From Sphaerodactylus townsendi (taxonomy: Eukaryota): a stretch of DNA of 64,000 bases. The stretch spans positions 60,698,001 through 60,762,000 of the forward strand of contig NC_059434.1 of the NCBI RefSeq assembly GCF_021028975.2, read 5' to 3'. Position numbers and translations under genes: made by a program. Under the pieces are notes generated by a model. The model saw nothing but the letters and a program-made list of their open reading frames with translations. It ran no database searches and was not told where the DNA came from. Shown piece by piece: positions 1-12,535 of the stretch; positions within the stretch are counted from its first letter, which is position 1; each line of letters begins with the position of its first letter.

Positions 1-119
1 ACCCACCAGGGCTCTGCCTTTGTCCCTTTGCCAGGAGTTTTCTTCTTGGCCCTCTTCTGCTCTTCTCGGGCTCCGGGTCTCTTCAGGAAGGGAAAAATTC
101 AAATAGGATAGAAAAATCC

Positions 120-800
120 TTCAGGTGACGGTGGGTGGGTGTGAAGAAGTTGTCGCGTGACAGGAGAAAGGTGACTTCGAAAAGAAAAGCGAAGTTGGTC
201 CCCCGAAGACTGGCCGGCCGGGCAACCGGCTGCCCCGCTCCTCTTCGCCGGCCAGGCGAGAGGCAGCTGTTCTCCTTGATCCAATTAGCGCGCCATCGCA
301 ATCCAGAAGGGCGCGCGCGCAAAGGGCCCGGACGGCGCCGTCTCCGGCTCGCGCGCCTGCTCGAGGGCCACGACTCGCCCGCCTGCGGTGCGTAGGTTGC
401 GCGCGGGCGCGCCGGGGACAGCAGCGGAGGCGGCGGCCGCGGAACCTTCTGCGCAGTTTGCAGCGCCGGCTGCGGGAAGCACAACGCCAGACGGGAGCCT
501 CCGCGGGCGCGTCTTTCTCTCTCCCTCTCCCCGCACCCGCAATGTAACTTTAACATCCCCTCCACCCACTCCTCCCCCCCCCCCCGCGCTCTCGCTCTCG
601 CTGGCTCTGTTGAAAGGGAGGGGGCGGGAGGAGAGAAGATGAAAGCGAAGCCGCCGCTCTGATTGACAGCGCCTTGATAGACGCTCTTGAGAGAGGGAGA
701 GGAAAGGAAATGGATCCGCGGCGGAGCAGGAGGGGAGGAAAACAACCCCAACCCGGCTTGGAAAGCAAACTGCACGGGCGGTTTGGGGGGTGGCAGCGCT
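120..800 (-). promoter_or_regulatory. CpG island; probable promoter/5' UTR of a minus-strand gene whose CDS lies left of the window
   Basis: Very dense CpG/GCGC content, GC box at ~621-628, PBX-PREP/MEIS decamer TGATTGACAG at 660-669, no credible ORF. Orientation is inferred. Confidence 0.6.
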
Positions 801-2659
801 GCTCCTAGTAAACCGCAGACCTTGGCGCAGAAATAAGCCTTCCAAAAGGAGGAGGGGAGTTAAAACAACACCCCCCCCGTCCCACCTAAGGGAAAGGTGT
901 ATGGCAGAGTCCCAAAGTAGGAGACATTGGGGATGTGCGGCGATTGAAAAAAAAAAAGAACCATTAAGAGTCAAAAAATAGGTCAAAAATGTAATGTTTC
1001 CCCGCCCTGCTGCAGACTGTGTGCAGGCGAATCCCTTTGATGATTGCCCCTCGCGTCCCCCTCCCGCCCCCCAAATCTCCTGGCATCGTTTATTATTATT
1101 ATTTGCTATATTTATCATTATGGCTCGAGATGGCTGTGTTCAAAACCGACGAGGCAGGGAATTGCCATTCCAAGGGGTGGAGGTTTCTAATTCGCTCTCC
1201 TTTCCTCCAAGGAAACCTCTCCAGAGAGGGCAAATAATAGTTATCTGAACATCTTCATACAAATCTGGAACAAGGATGTTTTTTTTCCAGGGCTGCTTTG
1301 TTGAGCCGGCCCCCTTTTCGGAGAGAAGGGGGAGCGAGTACATGGGAAATTTGTTTTGTTGATCTGAAAAGAGGGATTTTAATGTAGGGGGTGGGGGTGT
1401 GTCGTTTGTTTACAGTGTTCCAGCTGGGGGGGTGTTCTTTAAAAATTCGGATGGGGGCAACAGAGGAATCATGAACAGAACAATATAGACTTTCTGGTCA
1501 GTATAATGGAGATTTTTTAACCAGGAGGAGCAGAAAATTAAAAACTGGACCTCCACCCTTCTGTAACTCCGGGTTGCAATCGTGTGCAGGGATATCTGTG
1601 CATGTTTACTCGGGAGCAGGTCTCACGGAGGCCGAGTGGACTACACCTAGTAAATTGCAGCCTCTATTTTGGGCATATAAATGAGCGAGGAAAAAACGGT
1701 TCCTCCCGGCGTGCTGCTACGGAGAGTGAAGTACCTACTGTCTTGGAACAAGATTAAAATTGGGCTGAAAGAACCACCTGGGCCGTTTTCCTGACATCCT
1801 ATCCCGCCCACCATCAGTGTAGGTGCAAAGTCCACTTGGAAAGTGGGAGATGCTGGCTAGGGATAAGGCTACTGCACCCAGCTTTCGAAAAAGGAAACAG
1901 GGCAAAAGCGGACAAACCGAAGTCTGAAGTGGACCACATTGCAGGCCCGCCCTCTCTTCGTGTTTACTCAGAAGAAAGTCTTCCCGAGTTCCACGGAGCG
2001 CCTTCCCAAGTAAATGTTGCAGACCTGCTTGGACGTTTCCTCTTCGAATCAGCGGTGCTCACATTCTGAGTAAGGGCTGCAAACGTATTGAAGTTACTTA
2101 CTCCCACCCCCCAATTGTGTGCGGGATAGGGCAGGGGCGTCTGCTGTGCAAAACCACTTGGTTTGCTCCTTGGCACAGGGAGACGCTTAACGGGCGATTT
2201 GTTAAGTTTTGATCTTGTTCCGCCTAATTCGAATCCTATTTTCCCCTTCATGTTAATTGTTTGGACAGCCATTCTCATTTGCAGAATCCCTCCCTTTGCC
2301 CTGGAGATTATTGTAGTTTAAACTACCTAATGGGAGCCACTTAAGGGAGGGGGTGGGTGGGAAGAGAATTAGTGCATAAAGGGAGGGTCCATTTGATGTA
2401 TCCCAGCAGAGGTCTTCTGCCTTGGAAAACCAAGGAAGACCCTTAGATGAGCTCAGGATTTTCTTGAACAGGCAAGCGTGAGCCTAATAGTTGCTAAATA
2501 TAGTGTTTATAGTGTTGTTTGCACGGGGACCACCTTTAGGCATGGCAGGGCGAAGATAAGTTTTTTTGGGGGGGTCTAAAATCTTTGTATTGCCCGCCCG
2601 CCCCCCGGACGGAAATGGTCATCATCTAGGAAAAGACAGGCGTTGCAGAACTCCTTCAT

Positions 2660-2910
2660 CTGACGCAAGGATTAGCATTTGGGACTCCAATTAGCACATG
2701 CCTAATCGATTGGCATTACCATTAACAGCCAAGAAGGGCTGGCGAAATCCTTTCCAGCTCCAACGAGATTTGCGTCAATTTCAGCGCTGTTGACTGTTCC
2801 CGGCCCCGGGGGGCGGCCGGGGGTGGGGAGGAGGAGAGAGGCTTTCTCCAGGGAATGCTGTTCACACGGAGGTTTAGCATTAATCTGATCCTTCTAATAA
2901 AACAATTAGG
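2660..2910. promoter_or_regulatory. Candidate developmental enhancer (homeodomain/SOX motif cluster)
   Basis: Non-repetitive; GGATTA 2669, CAATTA 2688, TAATCGATTG 2703, TAATCT 2881, AACAAT 2901. Confidence 0.4.
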
Positions 2911-4589
2911 GGAAGGGGTTGCGCCTGTTTCTGCAACCGGCCCGAAACGTATGTCTCCCCCCCTCCTTCGCCTATGTACCCACAGGCTTATAAAAACGCT
3001 TCCCTCTTTCTTCCACCCCCATCCTGTCTTGCAAATGACACATTTAAATTTTGCTTTAAAAAAAAGAAGGAAAGGAGTCCCTGGGCGAGTGGACTTTCGG
3101 AGCTCTAGAAGGGCTACACTCCGAATAGCAACATTGGGGCATTGCCCAGCCAAATAAGTTGTGCATTAAATTCAAGAGAAGTTGTGCCCCTCCTATAGGT
3201 TTGTTTCTTTTTCTTTTTAATTGCAGCTCCAAACAGGAGGATGCCTTCGTTCTTCCCTTTCATGTGGGTGGGGGGAGTCTTCTAAAGAGAGAAAGGGGGC
3301 AGCGGCTGGAGGAAAGCGAAGCTTAAAGATTAATGACAAGCGGATAAAGTCAACCAAACCTCATCTGGAACACCAGATTTGACCGGAGACAACGAGAGGC
3401 TGACCGGACCCTGGGTTTAGAAGGAGGAATGCCAAAGTAAGGGAGTCTGTTTGCCCGGGCGGATTCCCCATAGTATAGCAAAGGAAAATGAATTGGGGGA
3501 AGACGGAAAGATATGACGTAGCAGAGTGCATTTATTTGGAGGAAAGAAGCCCCATTGGATTTTTTTTCCGACTTATTATTTATTAAGAAGCACTCATGTC
3601 TGCACGGGGACTTACTGGTTTAGTTAATTTATAGACCGCCTTCCTCATCTGAGACTCAAGGCGGACTACAGAGTTAAAAAAAAAACAGAGAAGGTAATCG
3701 ACTTCGAATGAACAGCTCAATAGAAGCTTGGGGCTAAGCTTCTTCTAGCCCAGTGAAATGGGGTGTTCTGAAGTCCCAATCACCCTAACACCCCGAAAGG
3801 GAGCAATTCCCCCCCCCCCCCATGGTGGGACCATTTGAGTTCAATGGGATCTTTTTTCCAGGGAGTGCGCTTGAAACGTCCTTTGTGGAAACGAGCTTCA
3901 TTAAACTCAGTCGGAGTTGCGACCAGACATGGACCGGACTGACAAAACCCGAAACGCCACGAGTGGGGTTTTGCACGCGCGCCGAGGACACGTCAGATCA
4001 GAGGCCCTAACGAGAAACGGGGGTGGGATCGTGGGGGCTGACTTATAAGGTCTTAGTACAATACCTTATCTAGAGCTGATCTGCATCTGCTGGGGCATTA
4101 ACGCAGGAATGCTAATTGGCATGCAAATTGTCTTCTATATCCCCTCTTCCTTCAAACTAGGCAGACAAGCTAGTCTAAGTATTTCTGCTACCCACCAGAC
4201 AAATATTATTCAGCTGAAAGCCGGCGCCAACTCTGAAGAATCACCTATGTCCTATCGGGATGCTCGTTGTGGGACGGATCTGTCTGGGAAAGTGCGGGTT
4301 GGGGGGGGGGGGGCGCATCAAATTGTGAAACTTGGGCGGGGGGAGTAATTCCGAGGGGAGCACGAACAGTTCCTTCTCTTGGAAATGAGGTGAGTAAATG
4401 TCTGTAAAATGGACACACGGGCCAGATTCAGCATAACGACTGGGCTGGTGTCCATGTCCATGGTGTCCACCTTTCTTTTGGGGCTCCTGGCCATGGACGT
4501 CCCTTCCCAGAGAGCCGCAGATCGCAGCCACAGACAGACATCAGGATGTGACTAAACCTGCTGTCAAACAGACACAGTGTGAAACAGAG

Positions 4590-4700
4590 TTTTCTCTGTG
4601 ATACACCTCTGAAGATGCCAGCCACAGATGCAGGGAAAACGTTAGGAACAAAATCCACCAGACCATGGCCACGCAGCCCGGAAAACCCACCAGAACCAGA
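4590..4700 (+). mobile_element. Penelope-like element terminal fragment
   Basis: CCTCTGAAGATGCCAGCCACAGATGCAGG...CCATGGCCACGCAGCCCGGAAAACCCAC; homologous to the arms at 12347-12536. Confidence 0.7.
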
Positions 4701-5299
4701 CACAGAGACGTCAAGGAGAGAAAAGTCTGCCTCTAAGCAGGCAGATGGGGGGGAAACGCGCCATCCCTCCCGAGAGAGGTACACCTGGATGGAAGCCACG
4801 CTCAGGTGGGGAGGCTGGGCGGTTGTTAGGGCCAGAACGTTCTGTCCATGCCCAGAAGCGGTCTCTGTCTTACTTCTTAACTAGCACAGTGTTGGGTCGA
4901 CAATATGCAGAGGAGGGGGTGGGAACGGTGTTTCCAAACAGGCACTCTCAACGGCTGTGTGGGGCCGCCGGGGTGAAATGCGTTGGATTGCACTGCAATC
5001 TTAGGCTGTGTTCCTACGATCTAAACCCAGTGATTTCAATGTGGTTTATACAAGAAGAACCCTGCGCAGGATTGCACGGTTGCTGTTCAGCAAGGGAGGC
5101 AGACCGTTGTGTATGCATATTTAGAGAAATCCAGCTGCGATTCGAAGTTACTCCCATGCATAGACGGAGGTACAGATCTTAGCGAAAACAGTTGTGGAGG
5201 AGGGGGGAAGAACAGTGAAATAAATTTGGGAACAAGACTGAGAATGCCCTCGGTCCACCTTCTCGCAGCTGCTTTGGAAAAGTTCATGTTTATTTTTAA

Positions 5300-6100
5300 T
5301 TTGGAAAGGCAGAGAAAAATCCATTTCACGACGAGCAACCCACAGAGTCTCCGCAGGGGAAGGGGCGAGGGGGCTTGCGTGAGAAAAAGCCCCCGCGGCG
5401 AGCTTGCCCTTATATAGGCAGAGGGCGGGGCTCCGGGGCGCGCTGGGGCGGGGCGGCGGCTCCCTTTGATGTCCCGCCGGATGTCTCTTTCATCCTCTTT
5501 TTCTTCCCCTTTCTGGCCTCTTTGTATGACTATATTTGGCAAGAAGATGGAGCCGGGCCAGGTTTTTCCACGTGTGCCGAGAGCTCCCAGCTGAGCAGGA
5601 GAGGGTTCTCTTCCGGGTAAGGAGACAGAAAGTAAGATCAAAGAGTTTGGCGAGTTGGATCTCAACTGCGAAGGGCGGGGGGGGGGGGGACCACAAGAGG
5701 AGAAAAGAAACCCGGAGCCTGGACTCTTTCCAGCCCCCGAACTGGCTGACTGGAGGGAGCTCGGAGCGCAGCATGCAAAATCCCCAAAGCCTCCCTTCTT
5801 CCTCGCCCAGCTTTCTGGTTGGCGTTTTGGCAATTATTCGAGGGGGAAGAGAAGAAGAATGGCTCGTTAGCCGCTCGCATTTGGTTCAGCTCCGTGTCTT
5901 CCTCTGTCAATATTGTTTTAACAACAAAGCTGTGCCTTGCCCGTCTCTCTTTTTTGCTCCAGCTGAAACGTGCAGAACAAAGGTGCCGCAGCGAGGGTTT
6001 ATGCCCCCCTCCCCCGCACCCTTTCCCCAGCGACTCGCTGCACAAGCCTTCCTCGTCACTGCCTCCCGGATTAATCCCTCATTAGGAGCCTCCTTTCAGA
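5300..6100 (-). promoter_or_regulatory. CpG island with GC boxes followed by TATATAA on the minus strand
   Basis: GGGCGGGG at 5423-5430 and ~5445-5454 lie upstream (minus sense) of TATATAA at 5416-5410; palindromic K50 homeodomain site GGATTAATCC at 6068-6077. Confidence 0.5.
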
Positions 6101-6539
6101 CGCCCTAAACCCCAGCAGAGCTGCAGCGGATGGGGGGGGGGGGGGGGGGGAGTCAGAAAAGACCATCTAGCAACAAACCATTTCAAAACAAGGGACGGGG
6201 CTGGGGGGAACTGGGCAAAGACCACGCAGAAGAGAAGCTACCCAAAAGGTTGTTGGTGCCCACAGCCTCTTCAAACGCAGGGAAGCTAGTTAGCTTTGGC
6301 TGCCACTGCGCATGGCAACCGAGGGCGGGGGGGGGGGGGGTCTTATAAATAAAAAGGGATCCACGCAAGGAATAACAAAATGGATTTTGAAATGGCAGCA
6401 CTGTCTTAATTTGCGTGCGTTACAAAAAAATGGAAATACATAAATTGAACTGCCCAAGATCCGCAACACAAACTTTAAAAAGTGTTCCTAGAATAAGCCA
6501 AAAAGATATGGTAAAATTCTCAGTAGTCAACCTGCTTTG

Positions 6540-6810
6540 GGATTGTTGGACTCTAATCCAGAGGACAAGGTTTGATTCTCCACTCCTCCACATGAGCTGC
6601 AGGCGCTTACCTGGTGAACTGCATTTGTTTCCCCGCTCCTACACACAAAGTCTGCTGGGTGACCTTGGGCTAGTCACAGTTCTCTCAGAACTAGCTCAGC
6701 CTCACCAGCCTCACAAAGTTTCTGTTGTGGGGAGAGGAAGAGAAGGAGATGGTAAGCCACTTTGCAGCTGTGAAAAGTGGGGTATAAATCCAGACTCCTC
6801 TTCTTCTTGT
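6540..6810 (+). mobile_element. CORE/MIR-derived tRNA SINE (Squam3-like)
   Basis: B-box-like GGTTTGATTC, CORE GCTGGGTGACCTTGGGCTAGTCACA, end ATAAATCCAGAC plus CTT-type tail. Confidence 0.8.
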
Positions 6811-7423
6811 AGTACTTGGTTAGGACAGAATGTCTGAACTCATAGTAGTAAGGAGGCATTTCGGCACCTGCTTCTTGGGAATAAAGCCTACTGAAATCAG
6901 TGGCTCTTTATTTTGAGTAAGCATGACTTGATCTGGATAGCCCAGGCTATCCTGAACCTGTCAGATCTCAGAAGCTAAGCAGTATTTTGATAGAAGACCA
7001 CCAAATATGTCCAGAGTCTACTCTCTCTCTCTCTTCTGTATTTTGGCGCACTTGTTTTATCACACACACCCTCAGTAAAAGCGTACTCCAATCTGGAATT
7101 AATGGTATCAAAAGCAAAAAAAAAATCTCTGTACAATTCTTGACTAGAGCAATGTAAGCTTTTGTCTGAATAAGAAATTATCTGTTAATATAATTACTGG
7201 GGAGAGAGAACGAATATCACCTTCATCGTATTAATCTTCCTCATAACTTTCAAATGAACATAATACTTTGGAATAAATACTACAGTAGTAATTAAGATGG
7301 ATAGAAGAATACGAATCATAAACTGAGTAAGAAATATAAACTAGCCCAATCTCATCAGAGTCTTAAAAGCTCCCCAGGATCAGCCCTGTTAATTACTTGG
7401 ATGGAGGACCACTAAGGAAGACA

Positions 7424-7757
7424 TGGTGTAGTGGTTAAGAGTGTAGTGGTTAAGAGCATGTGGTAACATGGTATAGTAGTTAAGAGCAGGTGGATTCTAA
7501 TCTGGAGAATGGGTTTGATTCCCCACTCCTCCACCTGAGTGGCAAAGGCTTATCTGGTGAACCAGATGTGTCTCCCCACTCCTACATCTCTGCTGGGTGA
7601 CCTTGGGCTAGTCACAGTTCTTCAGAATTCTCTCAGCCCCACCTGCTTCACAAAGTGTCTGTTGTGGGGAGAGGAAGGGAAAGGAGTTGCACGCCACCTT
7701 GAGTCTCCTTACAGGAGAGAAAGGTGGGGTATAAATCCAAACTTCTCCTCTTCTTTT
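7424..7757 (+). mobile_element. Squam3-like SINE with repeated 5' A-box, inserted in a 5S-derived SINE
   Basis: Three copies of GTRTAGTRGTTAAGAG (7424-7486), CORE, CT-rich tail. Flanks 7340-7420 and 7757-7830 resemble the 5S-headed SINE at 59737. Confidence 0.75.
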
Positions 7758-8771
7758 TCCTTGAAAACCTTATGGGGTCGGCTTAGTCAGCTATGACTTA
7801 ATGGCCCTTTGCACCACCAAAGCAGCAGCAATATGCACAGTAACTTGGGAGTACATTCCAGTAAGCAGGATGAAGCTGCAGGTTATTTTAGTTGCCCTTT
7901 CCCTACCTTATTATTTTCACAAAAGTCTTCTATTCTGGTGGCAATTACATCAGTTTTACAAAGAGGAAGGCATCATGACTTATCTGAACACAATAAATGT
8001 GTGTGAGGTGGTATTGAGGGCTGTAGTCGCTTTGTATTTGTCATTGTTCACACTTTATAACAGATCTCTTTTTACTTTTGGGGGCTTTTTATCCATGTAT
8101 TTTGGATTGGTGATGCCTCTCCTAACCCTTCTTTATAACATCTGTCCACGCCAGAAGTGCTCACCTGGCTCTGATCATTTGGCAAGTCTCAGTGGATCTG
8201 AGACTCTGTGGCCTCCCTGTTTGCTGCCCAAGGTCATCTTCTGCCATGGCAAGCTGGCTTGGGCACTAGAATCACCTGCCTCACCTGGCTCGGGCTACTG
8301 GAAGCACACACTGGTGAGGCGGCCACCTAAACCTGCTTAGAGGGGAGAATAAGAGGGATGCTTTCGCCTGCTGCACCATTTGAGTCGTGTTTCTACTTGC
8401 TTTTCCTGTTTGCTAGCAGTAGCAACATGTATTTGGACATGGTCATAGGCAAGAGGCCTTGGCTGTGAGCTTCAAGGTCTCTTTACCCATTGACCTTGGA
8501 CAAGCTGACTCATCTGGTCTCAGGACCAGCTCAAGATACAGGTGATGATTCTATTTGCATATTTTACTGTATTTCAATTTGGTTGCCTTTTTATTGTTGC
8601 AAGACACTTTTAGTCCCTTGAGGTAGAAAATCAGAGAATAATATATTAACTAACCATCTACAATCACTGCAGAGCGGCAGGACATGCTTGTGAATGGTTC
8701 ACCCCATGCTCCATCCATTGGCCAGCTGTCCTCTAGACTGTGGCTGTGTGCAGTGCTGCATTCCCATAAGG

Positions 8772-9000
8772 CAGGGGTGTAGCTAGGAAAAATGGAGCCC
8801 GGGGCAAAATCTGAGTTTTGCGCCCCCCCCGCCCATGTAGACGACCACCCTCCCCAACCACAACCAAACAACAATTTTTTGCACCAGGTCATTTCAGTCA
8901 CCATCACATTGTAGAACATGCCCCAGCTCACAAATCTGAACACAGCAATGGTTCATGCCACACAGTGGAAATATTTTTTTGACATTTTCAAAATGTTTTA
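8772..9000. mobile_element. End of a non-autonomous hAT-like DNA transposon
   Basis: Starts CAGGGGTGTAGCTAGGAAAAATGGAGCCCGGGGCAAAATCTGAG; related end at ~24459-24580. The other terminus is not resolved. Confidence 0.5.
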
Positions 9001-9660
9001 TTACTGCTGAGAAAAAATATATAAAAATAAAACAAAAGGGCCCAAAAAGGAACTTCTAAATGGCTTTCATTTGTTTTCCTGTATGACACTAACCCTAACC
9101 CTGTGATCCATGGGCAGGGAGGTGTGTTGGGGATGGAGAGGGGGGGGAGGCTGGCAGAGCTTGCAATTTGTGGGATGTGTTTGTATTGCAAGCTGTTCTG
9201 GAGGACTCAGATGGTCAAAAAGATGGCAGTACAATATTTTAACAGTACAAATCAATGTATAAATATTATATGTACTTAATCAGAAGCAGATAAACACACT
9301 CCGATACTATTACTCAGGATCAGACAAAATCTTGATTTCAATACTAATGTCTTAACACAGTCCACTATTTTCTTGATGACATTTCTGAACAATGGTTAAC
9401 CTCAAAGGCCAAAATATGGGGTATAAATACTTCCACAAAAAACAACCCTGGGCAAATACAGCACCTTCACCACAAGGTAAGGGGTGCTGTCTTTCCGAGT
9501 GTGTCCATGACCCTTCATATCCCTCTTAAGATCAGCATATGTTAAAGTTAATTGTAGACTTTCCTTCTTTTTATCACTTTTCTAGAGCAGCAGGTCCACA
9601 ATGATGCTTACTGAACTGATGCAAAATCACCTTCTAAAGGTGTTTTGGAAGTGAGGCTAA

Positions 9661-9809
9661 GGGCACTATCACACATGAGAATAATGCATTTTCAAGCCAC
9701 TTTCAATGCACTTTTCAGCTGGATTTTACTGTGCGAAAGAGCAAAATCCACTTGCAAACAATTGTGAAAGTGGATAGAAAATCATTATTCTGGAAATGCC
9801 AAAGTGCCC
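9661..9809. mobile_element. Palindromic MITE (PIF/Harbinger-like)
   Basis: GGGCACT...AGTGCCC termini, internal inverted symmetry, preceded by TAA. Confidence 0.55.
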
Positions 9810-10014
9810 CAAGAACAGTTCATACACTTCACGAAACCAACAGGATAGGCATTTGGCTAGCCAAAACACAACACATACGCACACAATGGATTGACCAAAT
9901 TGCCAATTTATCAGCACATCACAAAAAGAGAAAGACTGAAAAACCAACTTTAAAAAATACAGATAAAAACTCTCCTGGAGGCACAGCACTATGAAAAACC
10001 ACATGGACCCACAC

Positions 10015-10220
10015 AGGAAGCAGCCCTATACCAAGCCAGACCTTTTGGTCTGTTGGGGTCAGCACTGCCCACTCTCACTGGACACAGCTCTGCTGGGTCT
10101 CAGTTGGAAAGTCTTCCACATAACCTCCTACTTGATTTTTTAAACTGGAGATGCCAGCAATTGAACTGGGGACTTTCTGAATGCCAACTAGATGCTTTTC
10201 CACTGAGTCACGCCCCCAAA
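10015..10220 (-). mobile_element. tRNA-derived SINE with CR1-like tail (Squam2-like)
   Basis: Homologous to 33318-33523; tRNA-like head on the minus strand. Confidence 0.6.
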
Positions 10221-10999
10221 CTTCTCTCCTTCCCTCCCTTCCATAAAGGCAGAGGACTCCACAGAATCCTGACTTCTGCACACTTCTGATTGGGGGCAGG
10301 GGTGTGTGTGGCTTTTCTGAATGTGCAAAACACCTTCCTGAGGGGAAAGTGGAAATATTTTATATTACAACCAATTGGAACAGTGTGTTTCTTTTTTACT
10401 TACATTTCCCCCCTTTTCTTTTTAAGGGAAACACATCTATTTATTTGAACCCTTATTTATGTTGCTTACAAAGTGTAGCCTTGTGTGGAATGGGAGAGAA
10501 TGAAAGGAGAAAAGCTGACCCCCTCTTAACAGCCCAGCTCAATCTTAAACACACTTACTTGGGAGTAACTGCTACTGAATTCAGTGGGATTTGCTTCAGA
10601 GTATACGCTTCCAGGTTTGCACTTCAAGAGGTTCTTTTTAGTTGACTAGAAGAGGGATTTTTGGGAGGCAACTGTTTAATTGCAGTGGTTGAGTTTACCT
10701 TTGATGGGAATTGGTGAGTTCTGAGATAAAACTGAAATCCCAATTCCAGAAAATGTGAAGTTCTGCTGCCCAAAACAGTCCAGAGTCCCTTTACTCACAA
10801 GCCGGTCCTGCTGAGCTCAGTCGAGGCAAGCCCCCCCCCCCCTCTTGTCTGAGCAGCCCATGCACTCCGAGCAAGTCAGGGAGGTGAGAGGAAGAAGAGG
10901 ATCGTTCAAAAAAAGTTTAAACAAAAAAAAAGGCCAAAACAAAAGCAGAGGGCAGCTCTGGGAAAGGACAGGAAAGGGAAGTTTCTTTCTCCCCTGCCT

Positions 11000-11940
11000 G
11001 CAAGATCTACCGTGAAAGGCGAAGGCGCAGGGAAGGGGAGAAGTCCAAAGCCCTTTGCGCCCCAGTAACGTCCACAACAGCCAAGACACAAAACAAGGCA
11101 CCAACTTCTGCAAGTAGCAGCAGGGAAACTGCGCGGAGGGAGGCTCATGGGTCCCGGCAAATGGAGGGAAGCCTGGACGCCCCCCCCCGCATTCTCACAC
11201 ACATGCGCTCACGCTCACACACCCTCCTCCGGCTGAATCTCGCCCCCAACCAGACGCAAAACTGAAAGGGCTCCTTCCCCACTGTGGTCAGCCTCCCCCC
11301 TCCCCCCCCCCGCGCCCAGCACAACCCGGGAGACCCCCGCCTGGCCAGCACCCCCCTTCTCCCCATTGTTCCCATCTGGACGCCCCCTCACCGTGTGCTG
11401 CGCTCCTCTCAGCCCTTGATGGGGGCGGCAGCGGCAGGGCTGGCAACCAAGTCGGTGCTGTGGCCGCTGGAGGGTCTGAGCTATTAAAAGTGCTGGGAGG
11501 CGGCGGCGGCAGACACAGGAGGAGAAGGGTGGCGGTGGGAGCAGAGGGGGAGCGGCGGAGAAGGGTCGCCATGGCTAGGGCGAGCTCGCTGGCTCCCATA
11601 GGGAAAGTGGAGCCCAGGCGAGAAATGCGGGGCGGGGACGACGAGGACAGCCTCGCTGGTGAGAGAAGCAGGAAGTGGTCACTGCTGCTGCTCGTTGGCT
11701 GTCTCTCTCTTCCGCCCACCCCCAGCCGGCTGCCTGGAGGGGAGGAGGGGAGAGCACTCCCTCGGCTGGAAGCCAAAAGGAGCAGGCCTCCTCTCCGGCA
11801 TCGTGCAGTCAAACCAAGCCACGCCCCTCCTCCTTCCCAGAAGTGTGCAGGGAATTTTTCCGCCCCCCCACGTGACCTTGCAAGCCTGCGCCCGGGACAA
11901 GCCGCCCCGGATGTTCCCGTTGGCGCTTCGCCACTGCCAT
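11000..11940 (+). promoter_or_regulatory. CpG island promoter of a plus-strand gene
   Basis: CpG-rich; TATA-like CTATTAAAAG at 11481-11490 followed by a GGC-rich leader. Confidence 0.6.
11571..11658 (+). CDS. Candidate first coding exon, MARASSLAPIGKVEPRREMRGGDDEDSLA (phase-1 intron follows); protein not recognised
   Basis: Strong Kozak context GTCGCC-ATG-G at 11571, donor CTG/GTGAGA at 11658/11659, located in a CpG island ~90 nt after a TATA-like box. Confidence 0.5.
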
Positions 11941-12075
11941 AAGGGGGCAGAGAGGACTTGTTCAAGGACACTTATGTAAAATAATATATTGTGTGAATTG
12001 GTTGCAACAGTTTCTGCAAGCATTGTGGCATGTTTTCCTCATGCTGTGTTAAGGAGCGATGCATCTGTGATTACT

Positions 12076-12310
12076 TGCTGTTGTGGGTTTTCCAGACTGT
12101 GCAGCCATGGTCTGGTAGTTTTTGTTCCTAATATTTCAGCCACATCTATGGCTGGTATCTTTAGAGGCATGTCAGGGTCAGATGTGTTTCTCTCTGTGGT
12201 ATAAAGATGCAGGCGAAATCATCAACAAAAACTATTAGACCACAGCCACACAACCAAGCAAGTCCACAACAGCCAGTTGATTCTGGCCCTGAAAGCCTTT
12301 GACAATACAT
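12076..12310. mobile_element. Older Penelope-like terminal element with inverted arms
   Basis: Diverged GGCTGGTATCTTTAGAGG arm and AGATGCAGGCGAAA...GAAAGCCTTTGACAATACA arm. Confidence 0.65.
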
Positions 12311-12315
12311 CTGTG

Positions 12316-12535
12316 TATTGTCGAAGGCTTTCACGGCCGGAATCACTTGGGTGCTGTGTGGTTTCCGGGCTGTATGGCCGTGTTCTAGCAGCATTCTCTC
12401 CTGACGTTTCGCCTGCGTCTGTGGCTGGCATCTTCAGAGGATCCTCTGAAGATGCCAGCCACAGACGCAGGCGAAACGTCAGGAGAGAATGCTGCTAGAA
12501 CACGGCCATACAGCCCGGAAACCACACAGCACCCA
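12316..12535. mobile_element. Young Penelope-like terminal element containing a perfect inverted repeat
   Basis: Flanked by the 12-bp direct repeat AATACATCTGTG (12304-12315 and 12536-12547); 12347-12536 is a perfect palindrome centred on GGATCC. Confidence 0.85.
12442..12484 (+). ncRNA. Minimal hammerhead-ribozyme-like motif (mirror copy on the minus strand at 12399-12441)
   Basis: UCCU-CUGAAGA-U-GCC(loop)GGC-GAAAC-GUC-AGGA: core CUGANGA/GAAA, GUC triplet, helix I UCCU/AGGA, helix II GCC/GGC. Penelope-like termini are known to carry minimal hammerheads. Confidence 0.55.

Noticed and set aside
83-1118. Long overlapping ORFs (230 and 277 aa) in the first CpG island
   Set aside because: Low-complexity R/P/A/G translations are expected from GC-rich, stop-poor DNA; no domain recognised.
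5087-6108. ORFs of 248 and 190 aa in the second CpG island
   Set aside because: Same GC artefact; no splice or domain support.
7801-8340. 179-aa hydrophobic ORF
   Set aside because: Starts within a SINE tail, reflects T-rich DNA and has no recognisable family.
11288-11971. 227-aa minus ORF and 160-aa plus ORF
   Set aside because: GC artefact. Only the ATG-to-donor part (11571-11658) is supported.
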